This document shows, piece after piece, positions 21,286 to 32,078 of a DNA stretch of 64,000 nucleotides. The notes beneath the pieces were generated by a model. It made no database searches. It was given only the letters and a program-made list of their open reading frames with translations, and was not told the origin of the DNA. The stretch is from a bacterium. GTDB lineage: Bacteria; Electryoneota; Electryoneia; Electryoneales; Electryoneaceae. The stretch spans positions 1,728,001 to 1,792,000 of the forward strand of contig OY769902.1 in NCBI GenBank assembly GCA_963669175.1, given 5' to 3'. Made by a program: the position numbers and the translations under genes. Position 1 is the stretch's first letter, and the number at the start of each line of letters is the position of its first letter.

Positions 21286-22422
21286 TCAATTTTTTCTACG
21301 ACCTGATCCTTTCTTTTTAACTCTATTTAAAAACTCTGATATGCCATGATCTTGATAATATTTCCATGCTTTTCGATATCCTTTGCCATAAGCCGGATCA
21401 TCATTTTCTTCAAGCTGATCCAAATGATAGTCTGCGAGTTTACTGTGAATGGATTCCAGCATAATTCGCATGGCTACATTTGCCGAGCCTTCCCGCCAGT
21501 CGGCATGGCCGCCGTCCGCATCATTCTCGTGTTGCCAGACATGAAAAAGCTCATGTGCGGCAACACCGGATAACATATCACGCGGGAGACCATAAAGAAA
21601 ATAGATTGTTGTATCTTCACGAATAACTCTTCCATTCATTGTCTCCGAGTGAACCGAGTGCAGCCCATTGGCATCACCTTCGCCGCCATGCAATTCATGT
21701 AATTGATTTTTATCAACAAGGACGATGCTGATGTCATCCAGGCTGGTGTTGAATCGGATACCGTTGGCTTCCAGCACCGCAGCGGCTTCACGGACAATCT
21801 GAGCAGCCTTCCCGGCGTCGGTGACTTCCGTTTCACGGCAGACTTCACACTGAATACGTCCATCCGCCAATTTCCAGGCGTGTCCCGGCAGAGCAAAACG
21901 TCCGCAAGAATCACATAATTCAACCTGGTCCTTATACTCGGCGCTGATCGTGGTTCCCCACCAGTCCGTTACATAGGGACCGAGAATAGGCTGGCCGGTG
22001 ATAGCGCAAATCGGGGCAAGGTTCTCTACATAACACGATTCATGATACACCTTGCCATCAATGGTGAAGTATTTGTCCGATACAGGTGCGCCACACCATT
22101 CACAACGCGGCGAGAACTCATGGTGATAACAATCGGGGTGATAAAATTTGCCCTTGTGTTCGATATAGCTGCCATCGATACGAAACCCGCAGGCGGCGCA
22201 TTTGAAGCATTCCGGATGAAAGTATTTGCCATTGGCTTCGATGTACTGGCTGGTGATTACTTTACCGCATCCGGCACAGCGTACCCTCTGTGCCAGGGCA
22301 TGGGTCGGTAATACAATCAAGCCAACTGCAGCCGGTGTCACCACACGAACAAATCGCCTGCGATCCCACTTTTCGGCATCGGCTCGACATGTTCTCTCTG
22401 TGCTGTTCTTTTTGCAAGCCAT
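21286..22422 (-). CDS. LIM zinc-finger + DA1-like HExxH metallopeptidase with probable Tat signal
   Basis: DRRRFVR + hydrophobic stretch + ALA; CAGC..HPEC-FK-CAAC..HPDC and CEWC..HESC; HELFH..EGSAN and DPAYGKGYR. Confidence 0.85.
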   Translation of the reverse strand: MACKKNSTERTCRADAEKWDRRRFVRVVTPAAVGLIVLPTHALAQRVRCAGCGKVITSQYIEANGKYFHPECFKCAACGFRIDGSYIEHKGKFYHPDCYHHEFSPRCEWCGAPVSDKYFTIDGKVYHESCYVENLAPICAITGQPILGPYVTDWWGTTISAEYKDQVELCDSCGRFALPGHAWKLADGRIQCEVCRETEVTDAGKAAQIVREAAAVLEANGIRFNTSLDDISIVLVDKNQLHELHGGEGDANGLHSVHSETMNGRVIREDTTIYFLYGLPRDMLSGVAAHELFHVWQHENDADGGHADWREGSANVAMRIMLESIHSKLADYHLDQLEENDDPAYGKGYRKAWKYYQDHGISEFLNRVKKKGSGRRKN

Positions 22423-22581
22423 AATCTATTAATATACTCTAACCTGACTTCAGAAGAAAAGCGAGGTGATTTTCTCTCGACGAAGCTGTTGTAAAGGGAA
22501 TAAGCAGTTCGCGAAAGTTCTTGTTGAGTGGAAAGCAATCAGCCTGCTTCAGCAGGCTCTTTTTAGCACCCGGCTGAAGCC

Positions 22582-22977
22582 CTGTCTCTTGCTCACATCT
22601 TCGTGTTTCTGCCACCCCAGAGGGGGTGGTATATTTTAGTGTAGGGTTGACGCTGTCTGTTTAGCGTCTACCCTACGAAAAAGATCAAACCTTATCTCAA
22701 CCCTGGAAGGGTTGCATAACGTATAATTTACACCCAATTGGTTTGTATAGAATATAAAATGCGTTATTTCCTGTATTTATTGAACGTACTAATATGAATC
22801 GCGTATTATGCAACCCTTCCAGGGTTGATTATTCGTTAGAATACCTGACATAGTGTACAGGCCAAACAGACGGCCTGTACACTATGCTAAAATAGGGAAT
22901 CCCGCCGGGATTCTAAAAATGCTATGTCCACAACTCTTTTACTGATACAGCTTTCAGAAGATGTGAGTAAGAGACAG
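22582..22977. mobile_element. Non-autonomous IS4/IS50-like MITE (396 bp)
   Basis: Terminal inverted repeats CTGTCTCTTGCTCACATCTTC / GAAGATGTGAGTAAGAGACAG; flanks GGCTGAAGCC and GGCTTTAGCC. Confidence 0.8.
22611..22913. repeat. Composite REP-like element, family B, inside the MITE
   Basis: Inverted pair tcaaccctggaagggttgcataa / ttatgcaacccttccagggttga; outer hairpins with ctgtctgtttag / gccaaacagacggc loops shared with 27209-27457. Confidence 0.75.
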
Positions 22978-23369
22978 GGCTTTAGCCGGGTGGATTAGTG
23001 TAACTAAATAAAAGAGCGCGCTTTAGCGTGCTTGCTTGAACAACAGATTGCTGTTTTGGAAAGCACCCTGAAGGGCGCTCGATATAGTTGTTATCTTTGT
23101 CCCCCGGCTAAAGCCGGGGGCTAAGGGGAGCAGGCTAAAGCCTGCTAATACTAATGGATAGAACCCCCTTGAGGCGAATACTTATGGATAGAATTCCCTT
23201 GAGATAGTAAACGGAAAGAAGCGCTTTTCAGAAACTGTGATAGAAGACAGATGTTTCGGCGAGAATAACTTTCGCTAATCTGAAGCCGCAAGAACTTCCG
23301 AGAATACCATACGTGGAACATATCCATTGTGACACGGTACAAGTTTCAGGACGAAAACAGGCTGGATTC

Positions 23370-25322
23370 ATGCGTAACGATAGATATACATATTTGTTGA
23401 TTATTTCCCTGCTGGCTTTCTCCTTTTTCCCACTGGAGAAATCAATAGCACAATCCCGCAATGTTGTGGTTCCTCGATCCCAGCAGACAGAAGAAATCCG
23501 TCAGGAAGCGACCAGGAAAAGCCGTACCGCTACCAGGCTTGAGCAAAGAGGGCAAATCGACGAGGCGTTGGCAATCTGGGATTTACTGGCGGACCAATTT
23601 CCCGACAACAGCTCCTATTTTGAAGGGCAGGTGCGTTGCCTGACCACGTTGGCCAGGTATAATGAAGCTGCAAGGTTACTGGAAGAGCGGATACCGCTGG
23701 AGATAGACCAGCGCCAGAAAGCGGAATACCTGGTGCGGCTTGGCGGGGTGTACCAGAAACTGAACAAACCGACCCAGGCCGAGGTCAATTACCGTCAGGC
23801 CGAGGAGACCGCTCGAGGGGTGGAAGGCGCTTATCATGCGGTGGCCATGGAGTTTCTGCGTCAACGTCAAACAGAGCGGGCGATTAGCATTTTAAAGTCT
23901 TCGCGAGTTGATCTCGAGAACCCCTATTTGCACGCGTTTACCATCGCATCCCTGAAACAGAATACCATGGACTGGGCCGGAGCGACCGAAGAATACCTGT
24001 TGGCGCTCCAGGAAAGCGGCACACGCAGGCAATCCGTCCTGCGGTCTTTTGCCACTTTCCCCAACGATCCGAATACGGATAAAGCTGTTGAGGCCAGCAT
24101 TCGTGCGGAGCTGGACCGTACCGAGAAGGAGCAGCCCTGGCCCGGGTATCGAGACGCTCTGTGGCAAATCCTGATCGATCAACGGATCAAGAGCGGCAAT
24201 TTTGAAGGCGCTGTGGATCTGCTGGAAACAATCCAGGAGGAAGAGGGCGAAGAGGGCTGGCTGCTTCAGTTCGCCCAGACAGCCGTAGACGAAGGCGCGC
24301 ACGATGCTGCCAGACGTGCGCTGGAGATAGCAGCGCAACGCACGCAAAGTGAAAATCGACGCGCTGAAGTTGATCTTGCCCTGGCGACCCTGGTGCAAGC
24401 AGAAGGCGATTTCTCGCAGGCGGACAGTTTGTATGGCACTGTTATCGGAAGGCTGGAGAAGAATCCTACCCTGGCTTATTCAGCCCTGATCCGGCGTGGA
24501 CAGATGCGATTGACGTATGTCGATAATCCATTGGGGGCGTTGGAAGATTTCGAACACCTTGCCGAATTGCAGGGTAAGCAGGTGGAGCAACAGGTTGAGT
24601 ACCTGCTGGCTGCCACACTGCTTCGTCTGCACCGGTATGATGAAGCGCGTCCACATCTGCAACAGACGATTTCGCCCCAACTTCCTGACGAGCCTCAGCG
24701 CGGAAGAAGACGTCCAAGGCAACCGGTTGCCTACGATGCCGGACTGGGCGCTCATGCCGCGTATCTGAATGCACGGTTATCATGGTGGGAGAACAACCCG
24801 GAACGAACAACCGCTATCCTCGATAGCATGCTGAAGCATCCCACCGGCGCAGAAGTGGAAAACGAAGCGTTTGACCTGCTTTTCCTGCTGAGCAGTAAAG
24901 CGGATTCAAGTATTCTCCGTCGATTTGCACAAACAGACCAGGCATTGTTTGAACAACGAGTAGAAGATGCGGAGAACATGCTCGCGTCCATTGCTACGGA
25001 CACCGCATCATCCTTGTCCGCAAACGCTTCCTGGTGGCTGGTGGAAATCGCTGTGCAGACCGGGGCGGAGGATGTCCCGGAAGTTGTTGACGCTTATGTC
25101 ACGCAGTATCCGGGCACCCCGCGTGCAGAAGAGGCATGGCTGAACCTGGGAATCTGGTATGAGGATCAGGGCTTGACTGATGAAGCGAAAACCTGCTATG
25201 AAACGATACTTATCGACTATTATGACGGCCTGCTGACCTCGGAGGCACGATTGCGCCTGGATCAACTGGCGGGAATGGAACTGCCGCCCCTGCAACCACC
25301 TTCGCCTTTTGAGACGCCGTAG
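23370..25322 (+). CDS. Exported tetratricopeptide repeat protein
   Basis: Signal peptide and multiple TPR-like helical repeats, ending YPGTPRAEEAWLNLG...YYDGLLTSEARLRL. Confidence 0.8.
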   Translation: MRNDRYTYLLIISLLAFSFFPLEKSIAQSRNVVVPRSQQTEEIRQEATRKSRTATRLEQRGQIDEALAIWDLLADQFPDNSSYFEGQVRCLTTLARYNEAARLLEERIPLEIDQRQKAEYLVRLGGVYQKLNKPTQAEVNYRQAEETARGVEGAYHAVAMEFLRQRQTERAISILKSSRVDLENPYLHAFTIASLKQNTMDWAGATEEYLLALQESGTRRQSVLRSFATFPNDPNTDKAVEASIRAELDRTEKEQPWPGYRDALWQILIDQRIKSGNFEGAVDLLETIQEEEGEEGWLLQFAQTAVDEGAHDAARRALEIAAQRTQSENRRAEVDLALATLVQAEGDFSQADSLYGTVIGRLEKNPTLAYSALIRRGQMRLTYVDNPLGALEDFEHLAELQGKQVEQQVEYLLAATLLRLHRYDEARPHLQQTISPQLPDEPQRGRRRPRQPVAYDAGLGAHAAYLNARLSWWENNPERTTAILDSMLKHPTGAEVENEAFDLLFLLSSKADSSILRRFAQTDQALFEQRVEDAENMLASIATDTASSLSANASWWLVEIAVQTGAEDVPEVVDAYVTQYPGTPRAEEAWLNLGIWYEDQGLTDEAKTCYETILIDYYDGLLTSEARLRLDQLAGMELPPLQPPSPFETP

Positions 25323-25406
25323 AGAAGTGAAAAACGTAAAGAAAGTGAAAAAGGTGAAAAAAGTGAGAAGCGTATCGATGCCTGTCCGGGGACAGTGATA
25401 ACAGCC

Positions 25407-26990
25407 TCACAACTTTATATCAAGTGAATCTTTCACCTTCCTGACAACGTAAATCCATTCCTGGCCAACACGTAGTGAGTCGCTCGGGCTGAATCCCGCA
25501 AGATCCGTCAGCACAATACCGCGTTGCGAAGAATCGTCTGGCGCCAGTCCGATAACCAGGAGTCGATTACTGCCCTGGAATACGCTGTCCGGGAGTGGGG
25601 AAGGACAGGCAATTCTTGTGCGCTCACGTTCATGCTGTGCGATAGTTATCTGCAAGTTGGCAGACGATATATTCCGTACCTGTATCGTATTCAATGTGGG
25701 AAAATCGACCATTGCCGCGCGTGAGGAATAGGAACCATCGAAAAACACCAGGGCTGCTTCTCCTTCCGGATCAAGGCTGATAATCGCATCACGCCACTCG
25801 CCAAGGTTTCTGTCGTTCGCTTTTATACTGCTTGCAGTGCAAGGCGGTGTGATGGCATACACTTGCCATGGATGGGTAAACCAGAGCAGCGACAGTAAAA
25901 GGACGACACCTGTCGCGGACCAGGCCTGCCAGGAACTGCGTGCCGCAAACACAAGCATCAAAGCGGCTATCAGGGTCAACGCCGGGACCAGCAGCAGGAA
26001 ATAGCCGTCATGAAACAACACAACTAATGCGATTACGGGCAAGATTGTCCAGGCCAGGAAAAAGGAACGGATGTAACTGTCCTGATCACGCCATGCAGCC
26101 CAGAGCACATGAAGCCGGGGCAGCAGGGCTACGGGGGCAAAACCGATAGCCAGCAGCAAATATATCCCTGAATGGCTCAGTTGATAGAGAAGGCTTCGTG
26201 TTGTGGTATGGAATCTGCCGATTTCGAAATCCCGTATCCCGCGAGCGAGGTATTCCACACCCTGACCGGATGCGATTGCAGCGGGCAGAAACCATAACAG
26301 GATGCCAATGAGCAAAGCGGCAAGCGAGGTCAGCATGTGCGATGAACGGGCGTAATCCTTTTTCATTCCCCACACCAGCAATGGGATGAGCAACAGGCTT
26401 TCCGGACGCCAACCCCCCATCCACCCGATAAAAAACGCGGCAATACTCCAGTACCACAGGCTTCTTTTATCCCAGAGTACCAGCCATGCTCCAAGAATAC
26501 TGATCACAGCAGATGCGGAGTAACTCAAGCCGATTTCACTGTAAAACCAGAGCAGGGGATTAAATGCCATCAACACAGCGGCCAGGAGGGCGAACAGCTC
26601 CGCTTCCTGCAAGTTCAGGCCGATACGTTCTGCCAATGGACCACGCGCGAACCAGTGTAAAAGGAAAATCGCCAGCAGGGTTTGTAACAGCGATGCGGCA
26701 TGCAAAACATCCAGTGCGGCGCCCTGAATCAGGAGACGAAGCGCCTGTAAAACCAGCACATGGTTCAGGTAACCGGGGAAATGAGGCATGTCTTCACCCG
26801 GATGCCATCCGTCAACCGCCATGATGAAATTGAAGCTTTCCCAACCGTATGGCTCGGCGGCGACATAGGGGAGACGGCTGACCAGGGTGATCAGTAGCAA
26901 CAGCCAGATACCGTAACGGTAAAAGGCGGTGCCACCCGTGGTCAGAGCTTGATCTGCCGTGTTCAGGCTTGCTTCCTGGGGTGAACTCAT
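25407..26990 (-). CDS. Polytopic membrane protein, probable GT-C glycosyltransferase-like
   Basis: Many TM helices; PHFPGY, FNPLLWFYSEI and GGWRPE motifs. Confidence 0.6.
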   Translation of the reverse strand: MSSPQEASLNTADQALTTGGTAFYRYGIWLLLLITLVSRLPYVAAEPYGWESFNFIMAVDGWHPGEDMPHFPGYLNHVLVLQALRLLIQGAALDVLHAASLLQTLLAIFLLHWFARGPLAERIGLNLQEAELFALLAAVLMAFNPLLWFYSEIGLSYSASAVISILGAWLVLWDKRSLWYWSIAAFFIGWMGGWRPESLLLIPLLVWGMKKDYARSSHMLTSLAALLIGILLWFLPAAIASGQGVEYLARGIRDFEIGRFHTTTRSLLYQLSHSGIYLLLAIGFAPVALLPRLHVLWAAWRDQDSYIRSFFLAWTILPVIALVVLFHDGYFLLLVPALTLIAALMLVFAARSSWQAWSATGVVLLLSLLWFTHPWQVYAITPPCTASSIKANDRNLGEWRDAIISLDPEGEAALVFFDGSYSSRAAMVDFPTLNTIQVRNISSANLQITIAQHERERTRIACPSPLPDSVFQGSNRLLVIGLAPDDSSQRGIVLTDLAGFSPSDSLRVGQEWIYVVRKVKDSLDIKL

Positions 26991-27208
26991 GCCGTAAAAT
27001 AGAAAGCCCGGACAGATGATGAAAGAGAAATCTTACACTCTAGTGCGGATATTTCACGAACGAAACATGGATAATCATCTTAACACAGTTCATATCAGCA
27101 CAACACAACTGATTCATACAGCATTTTTCAGGGGACAGTTTGCTCCGGTATCCCTTTGCATGTTTATTCCCTGTTTCGCTGGCAAAATGAGGCTGGGTTT
27201 CGGCAACC

Positions 27209-27457
27209 GCCCCGGCAGGGGCAACCTGTATTAGCCCCGGGCAGCCGCCGTTTGTTTGGCGGCTACCCGGGGAGATGATTCCCACCATATATTTACTCCG
27301 GCAGGAGTAACCTAAAAATTAATAAAGATATACAACATGAATGGTATGGCAACCCGCTGCCGGGGTTGTTCATGAGGAGAGCATTCATTTCCCACCGTGA
27401 GCGCCAAACAGACGGCGCTGGACGGTGGGCTAATACAGAGAACCACTGCCGTGGTTC
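27209..27457. repeat. Composite REP-like element, family B, copy 2
   Basis: Six hairpins in mirror arrangement; gccgccgtttgtttggcggc and gcgccaaacagacggcgc loops as in 22611-22913. Confidence 0.7.
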
Positions 27458-27761
27458 TTCTCCTGCCCTTTCCAACGAGGATTCTTGCCCTTGCATTTCC
27501 ATCAAGGATCACATGTGCAAGTGCCAGTCGCGCAATATCCGGTCCACTAGCAATTCAACAGTAACGCGGGTCTTCGGAGCAGAGGTATTTACAGGATGCA
27601 CATGATGGGGAAGGATGAACAGGATAGGAATCATTGGTAAACATCAAAAGAAAAGGGTTCTCAGTTTTGGATTTAATTTTGTATGAACCCTGTTTGACGA
27701 GCAAACAGGGGCAGGTTATAGGGGGCAGGTTGCAGGGATGAAATTTTATGAATTTATCAAA

Positions 27762-27795
27762 GAAAAGGCTGTCAATCCTTTGAATTGACAGCCTT
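27762..27795 (-). terminator. Terminator after glnS
   Basis: aaggctgtcaat/attgacagcctt stem with a T-rich tail on the minus strand. Confidence 0.7.
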
Positions 27796-27819
27796 ATGAT
27801 AAACCTTATTTGGAAAGCT

Positions 27820-29529
27820 TCATCCCTTTTTCTGAATCTTTGCCCAGGAATCGCGCAGGGTGACGGTCCGGTTATAAATGACATGGTCCGGCGTGGAATT
27901 CTTATCCATGCAGAAATAGCCTTTGCGCTCGAACTGGCAACGGAAGCCCGGTTCCTCTTCGCCCAGTGAGGGTTCCAGCTTGCAACCGTTCAGAACCTGT
28001 ACGCTGTCGGGATTGATCGCTTGCTTGAAGCTGACGCCATCGCTCTCATCCATCGGGTTGGACTTGGTGAACAGGCTTTCATACAAGCGCACTTCAGCGT
28101 CAACCGCATGTTTCGCCGATACCCAGTGCAGTGTCGCTTTTACCTTGCGGCCATCGGGAGAGTTGCCGCCGCGTGATGCCGGATCATAGGTGCAGCGCAG
28201 TTCAACGATATTCCCCGCATCATCCTTCACCACCTCGTTGCAGGTCACGAAATAGGCGTAACGCAAACGAACCTCACGTCCCGGCGCCAGGCGGAAGAAC
28301 TTCTTGGGCGGATCTTCCATGAAGTCATCACGTTCGATGTAAAGTTCACGGCTGAATGGCACCTTGCGCATTCCGGTATCCGGATCTTCCGGGTTGTTCA
28401 CACTATCCATCTCCTCAACCAGGTCTTCCGGGTAGTTGGTGATGACGACCTTGAGCGGATCGAGAACCGCCATACGTCTCAACGCGCGTTTGTTCAAATC
28501 TTCACGGATGGCAAACTCGAGCTGAGAAAATTCAACCGTACTGTTCCGCTTGGCGACACCGATCATATCACAGAAATTCCGGATGGATTCCGGGGTGTAG
28601 CCACGACGCCGCAGGCCGGAAAGGGTCGGCATGCGTGGATCATCCCAGCCGCTCACGATGCCTTCACGCACCAGCTCCAGCAGGCGACGTTTGCTCATGA
28701 CAGTATAGGTCAGGTTCAGACGCGCGAATTCGTACTGATGTACTCGGGGTTCTTCGAAAAGCTGATCGAGGAACCAATCGTACACCTCACGGTTGTTCTC
28801 GAATTCCAGAGTGCAGATGGAATGAGAAATGCCTTCGATGTAGTCAGACATGCAGTGGGCATAATCATACATCGGGTAAATGCACCACTTGTCCCCGGTC
28901 CGGTGATGGGCAGTGTGACGAATGCGATACATCAACGGGTCACGCATTTTCATATTGGGGTTTGCCATGTCAATTTTTGCGCGAAGCGTTTTTTCACCGT
29001 CCTTGAATTCACCGTTACGCATCCGTTCGAACAGGTCCAGGTTTTCCTCAACGCTACGATCACGATAAGGACTGTCCTCACCGGCCTGCTTCACGGTGCC
29101 GCGAGTTGCACGAATCTCCTCTTCCGTCAAGTCGCAGACATATGCTTTCCCCACTTCAATCAACTGCACCGCATAGTTGTACAGTTTTTCAAAGTAGTCC
29201 GACGCAAAATGAAGACGATCACCCCAAGTGTAGCCCAGCCACTTGATGTCTTCCTGGATCATGTCTACGTAAAGTGTCTCTTCGGTCAGCGGATTGGTAT
29301 CGTCAAATCGGAGATGCGTGATTCCGCCAAAATCCTCGGCAACGCCAAAGTTCAAGACGATGGATTTCGCATGGCCGATATGAAGGAAACCATTCGGTTC
29401 CGGAGGAAACCGGGTCTCGATCTGACGGTTGTACGTATTGTTCCGAATGTGTTCGCGGATGATCTCACGGACAAAATCGGTATTCTCGGAAGATTGTGTT
29501 GCAGCTTCGTTGTTCGCTTTATCTGACAT
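27820..29529 (-). CDS. glnS: Glutamine--tRNA ligase
   Basis: [17 protein letters not shown] (HIGH), [13 protein letters not shown] and anticodon-binding C-terminal domain. Confidence 0.97.
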   Translation of the reverse strand: MSDKANNEAATQSSENTDFVREIIREHIRNNTYNRQIETRFPPEPNGFLHIGHAKSIVLNFGVAEDFGGITHLRFDDTNPLTEETLYVDMIQEDIKWLGYTWGDRLHFASDYFEKLYNYAVQLIEVGKAYVCDLTEEEIRATRGTVKQAGEDSPYRDRSVEENLDLFERMRNGEFKDGEKTLRAKIDMANPNMKMRDPLMYRIRHTAHHRTGDKWCIYPMYDYAHCMSDYIEGISHSICTLEFENNREVYDWFLDQLFEEPRVHQYEFARLNLTYTVMSKRRLLELVREGIVSGWDDPRMPTLSGLRRRGYTPESIRNFCDMIGVAKRNSTVEFSQLEFAIREDLNKRALRRMAVLDPLKVVITNYPEDLVEEMDSVNNPEDPDTGMRKVPFSRELYIERDDFMEDPPKKFFRLAPGREVRLRYAYFVTCNEVVKDDAGNIVELRCTYDPASRGGNSPDGRKVKATLHWVSAKHAVDAEVRLYESLFTKSNPMDESDGVSFKQAINPDSVQVLNGCKLEPSLGEEEPGFRCQFERKGYFCMDKNSTPDHVIYNRTVTLRDSWAKIQKKG

Positions 29530-29765
29530 GGTCAATCTCGCTCTCACATCGTCATGTTACAGCTTTTCTTTACCGGACTTTTCCGGGCAATTTGTTGACT
29601 GGAAGGTACAGGAAATCTACGAAGCGGGAAACCCCTTGGAAACATGTTCGGCTTGTCCGGTTCTCTTCAAGAACGGGTTCTTCATAGTGATAAAAAGTGA
29701 AGCCAAATGCAGAACACCTCTTCCTATGGTTCAATCGTCATCTTATAATTCAGCATATGGTACAT

Positions 29766-29984
29766 TGTATGGTTGAAAGCAAAGAGATGGAAAAAGGGGA
29801 CTGCCTCCTTTCCCTGGAGTAAAACTATCCCACTGTGAACATGGACCGGGAAAGGTGGCTGTACCCTTTTCCTTGCGAGCAGGCAAGTAGTCCATGGAAA
29901 AGGGTACAGTTTCCTTTTCTGCAAGTTCAGCGAGAGTGTTTTGTGCGAGCATGAAGAAAAGGATTCCGTCCCCTTTTCCTGACA
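29766..29984 (+). repeat. Four-site AAGG-N9-CCTT cassette, copy B
   Basis: Sites at 29794, 29852, 29900 and 29959; aligns with 50925-51179 and 60208-60475. Confidence 0.9.
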
Positions 29985-30066
29985 GCATGTCTATAATTCC
30001 ATAATGACTGAACTTAATCAAGGAAAGCCATTTTAATACTTGCATGAATCGGACAAAGGAGTCTGT

Positions 30067-30966
30067 ATGGGCAACCGTCCCGTTGTCTTCGGTGAAATTC
30101 TAATGGACGTCTTCCCTGATGGTCAGGCTATCCCGGGAGGCGCTCCGTTTAACGTGGCCTGTCACCTTGCCGCGTTCGGAGCAGATCCGCTCTTCATCAG
30201 CGCCGTGGGAAATGATGACCATGGTCGTCAACTTCTCCAACTGATGGAAAGCAATCGAATGGATATCTCCGGAATTCAGATATCAGATACCCATCCAACG
30301 GGAACAGTCGCTGTTGCCATAAGGAACAACGAACCGGAATACACGATCCAGACCGAAGTGGCCTGGGATTTTATTGAACCTTCACACCAACTACTGGAAC
30401 AGGCGACTTCATCTGGCAACATCCTGGTATTTGGAACCCTTGCCCAACGGTCTGTCGTTTCAAGGAATTCCCTGCAGCGATTACTTGCCGATTCAAGCAT
30501 GCTGTCGCTTGTCGATTTGAACCTTCGGCAGCCTTTTATTGCTGAAGAAGTCATCAAGGACAGCTTGAAGCGTGCATCTTTTGTCAAGCTGAATCGTGCT
30601 GAACTGGGGAGAGTAACCGGACATGTCAGCAGATCAGAGCATGACCTTATTCAGGATGCTCGTGAGCTGGTCAACCGTTACCGGAGCGACGCCCTGTGGG
30701 TCACTTGCGGCGAGGAAGGTAGCTGGTATATCGGCAAAAACGGTGATGTTGAACATTATCACGAAACCAGGAATGAGAATATCGCTGATACAGTTGGCGC
30801 TGGCGATGCCTATACCGCAGTCCTGGTGCTTGCATATATAAACGGATGGAATACCGGCATTACCCTGAAGCGAGCGCATCGCTTTGCTGCGGCAATTTGC
30901 AGTGTTCGTGGCGCGCTTCCGGCCGATCACGAGTTCTATTCGCCCTGGATAAGGGAATGGAAATAG
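30067..30966 (+). CDS. PfkB-family carbohydrate kinase (fructokinase-like)
   Basis: FGE, PGGAPFNVA, DLNLR and DTVGAGDAY. Confidence 0.92.
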   Translation: MGNRPVVFGEILMDVFPDGQAIPGGAPFNVACHLAAFGADPLFISAVGNDDHGRQLLQLMESNRMDISGIQISDTHPTGTVAVAIRNNEPEYTIQTEVAWDFIEPSHQLLEQATSSGNILVFGTLAQRSVVSRNSLQRLLADSSMLSLVDLNLRQPFIAEEVIKDSLKRASFVKLNRAELGRVTGHVSRSEHDLIQDARELVNRYRSDALWVTCGEEGSWYIGKNGDVEHYHETRNENIADTVGAGDAYTAVLVLAYINGWNTGITLKRAHRFAAAICSVRGALPADHEFYSPWIREWK

Positions 30967-31105
30967 GGCGAAAACGTGACAGAACACGATTGGAGCAATC
31001 CCGGTTTTTGTTTGGAAAACACAGATTGATAAAATCTCTTGTTGTAAGCAGCAGCAACAGGTTGTAAACTATGTGTTCACATTGTACCCAGGGGAGGGGA
31101 TTAGT

Positions 31106-31822
31106 ATGAACCTGTCAGACTTGCAGTCGCAACAACCTGTAATTACCCGTGAACAAGCGGAAGTTCAGATCAGGGCATTCATCAACAAGGTTTACGGCTG
31201 GATGGCGCTTGCCCTGATTCTGACGGGATTTGTCGCGTGGTGGGTGGCGAATGATTTGGCGCTGGCACGTTTTATCGCCAGCAACAACTTCATCTTTTAC
31301 GGTTTGTTGATCGGCACTCTTCTGATGGTGGGCGCGTTGTCCGGTTGGGTTCACCGGATGTCGCCGGTTACCGCGATTGCTGTATTTATGGGCTATTCGG
31401 CGTTGAATGGCGTACTATTGAGTTTCATCTTCCTCGTTTATACGAAAGAATCGATTGCCTCCACATTTTTTATTACCGCAGGCACTTTTGCCGTGATGAG
31501 CGTGTACGGGTTTGTCACCAAAACAGACCTCACCCGCATCGGAAACCTGTTGTTCATGGCCCTGCTTGGATTTCTACTTGCCAGCCTTGCCAATATCTTC
31601 TTCCACAGCGAAACATTGTACTGGGTGACTACCTATGCAGGTATCCTGATCTTTGTCGGTTTAGTGGCTTATGACACCCAACGGTTGAAGATGATGGCGT
31701 TGGGTACTGTCAATGATGAAGACATGATGACCCGGGCATCGGTTATCGGTGCGTTGCGGCTGTACCTGGATTTCATTAATCTGTTCCTGTTGCTGCTTCG
31801 TATTTTCGGACGGCGGCGGTAG
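31106..31822 (+). CDS. Bax inhibitor-1/YccA family membrane protein
   Basis: Seven TM helices; AYDTQRLK and GALRLYLDFINLFL. Confidence 0.93.
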   Translation: MNLSDLQSQQPVITREQAEVQIRAFINKVYGWMALALILTGFVAWWVANDLALARFIASNNFIFYGLLIGTLLMVGALSGWVHRMSPVTAIAVFMGYSALNGVLLSFIFLVYTKESIASTFFITAGTFAVMSVYGFVTKTDLTRIGNLLFMALLGFLLASLANIFFHSETLYWVTTYAGILIFVGLVAYDTQRLKMMALGTVNDEDMMTRASVIGALRLYLDFINLFLLLLRIFGRRR

Positions 31823-31898
31823 TGAAACGATCCTACTAAATCGGTCTACGTTGGAAGCTTTACGTCGTCAGGTCACACGCATGAAAATCGTATGCGCA

Positions 31899-32078
31899 AG
31901 ACCTGACGAAACTGGCGCTGCATTAGACCTGACGAATCTGGCGCTGCATTAGACCTGATGAAACTGGCGCTGAATTAGACCTGATGAAACTGGTGCTGCA
32001 TTAGACCTGACGAAACTGGCATGGAGTAGACCTGACGAAACTGGCGCTGCATTAGACCTGACGAAACTGGCATGGAGT
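31899..32078 (+). repeat. Tandem array, 7 x 25-26 bp (AGACCTGACGAAACTGGCGCTGCATT)
   Basis: Units start at 31899, 31925, 31951, 31977, 32003, 32028 and 32054; no unique spacers. Confidence 0.95.

Larger units (their letters stand above)
22534..23148. repeat. Composite REP-like element, family A (interrupted by a MITE)
   Basis: Hairpins agcctgcttcagcaggct, cacccggct..agccgggtg, gagcgcgctttagcgtgctt, aagcaccctgaagggcgctc and agcaggctaaagcctgct; an uninterrupted relative lies at 55640-55850. Confidence 0.85.

Noticed and set aside
22582-22600. Nextera adapter contamination
   Set aside because: Both ends differ from the exact mosaic end by 2-3 nt, the inverted repeat extends beyond 19 bp, and the ends are paired in transposon orientation; read-level confirmation is still advisable.
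29766-29984. Four-site cassette as a mini-CRISPR, or as small ORFs (RKLYPFP/KEAVPFF peptides)
   Set aside because: The repeats differ by position, linkers are shared between loci, and reading frames are not preserved across copies.
31899-32078. CRISPR array
   Set aside because: Units are contiguous with no unique spacers, and there are no cas genes in the window.
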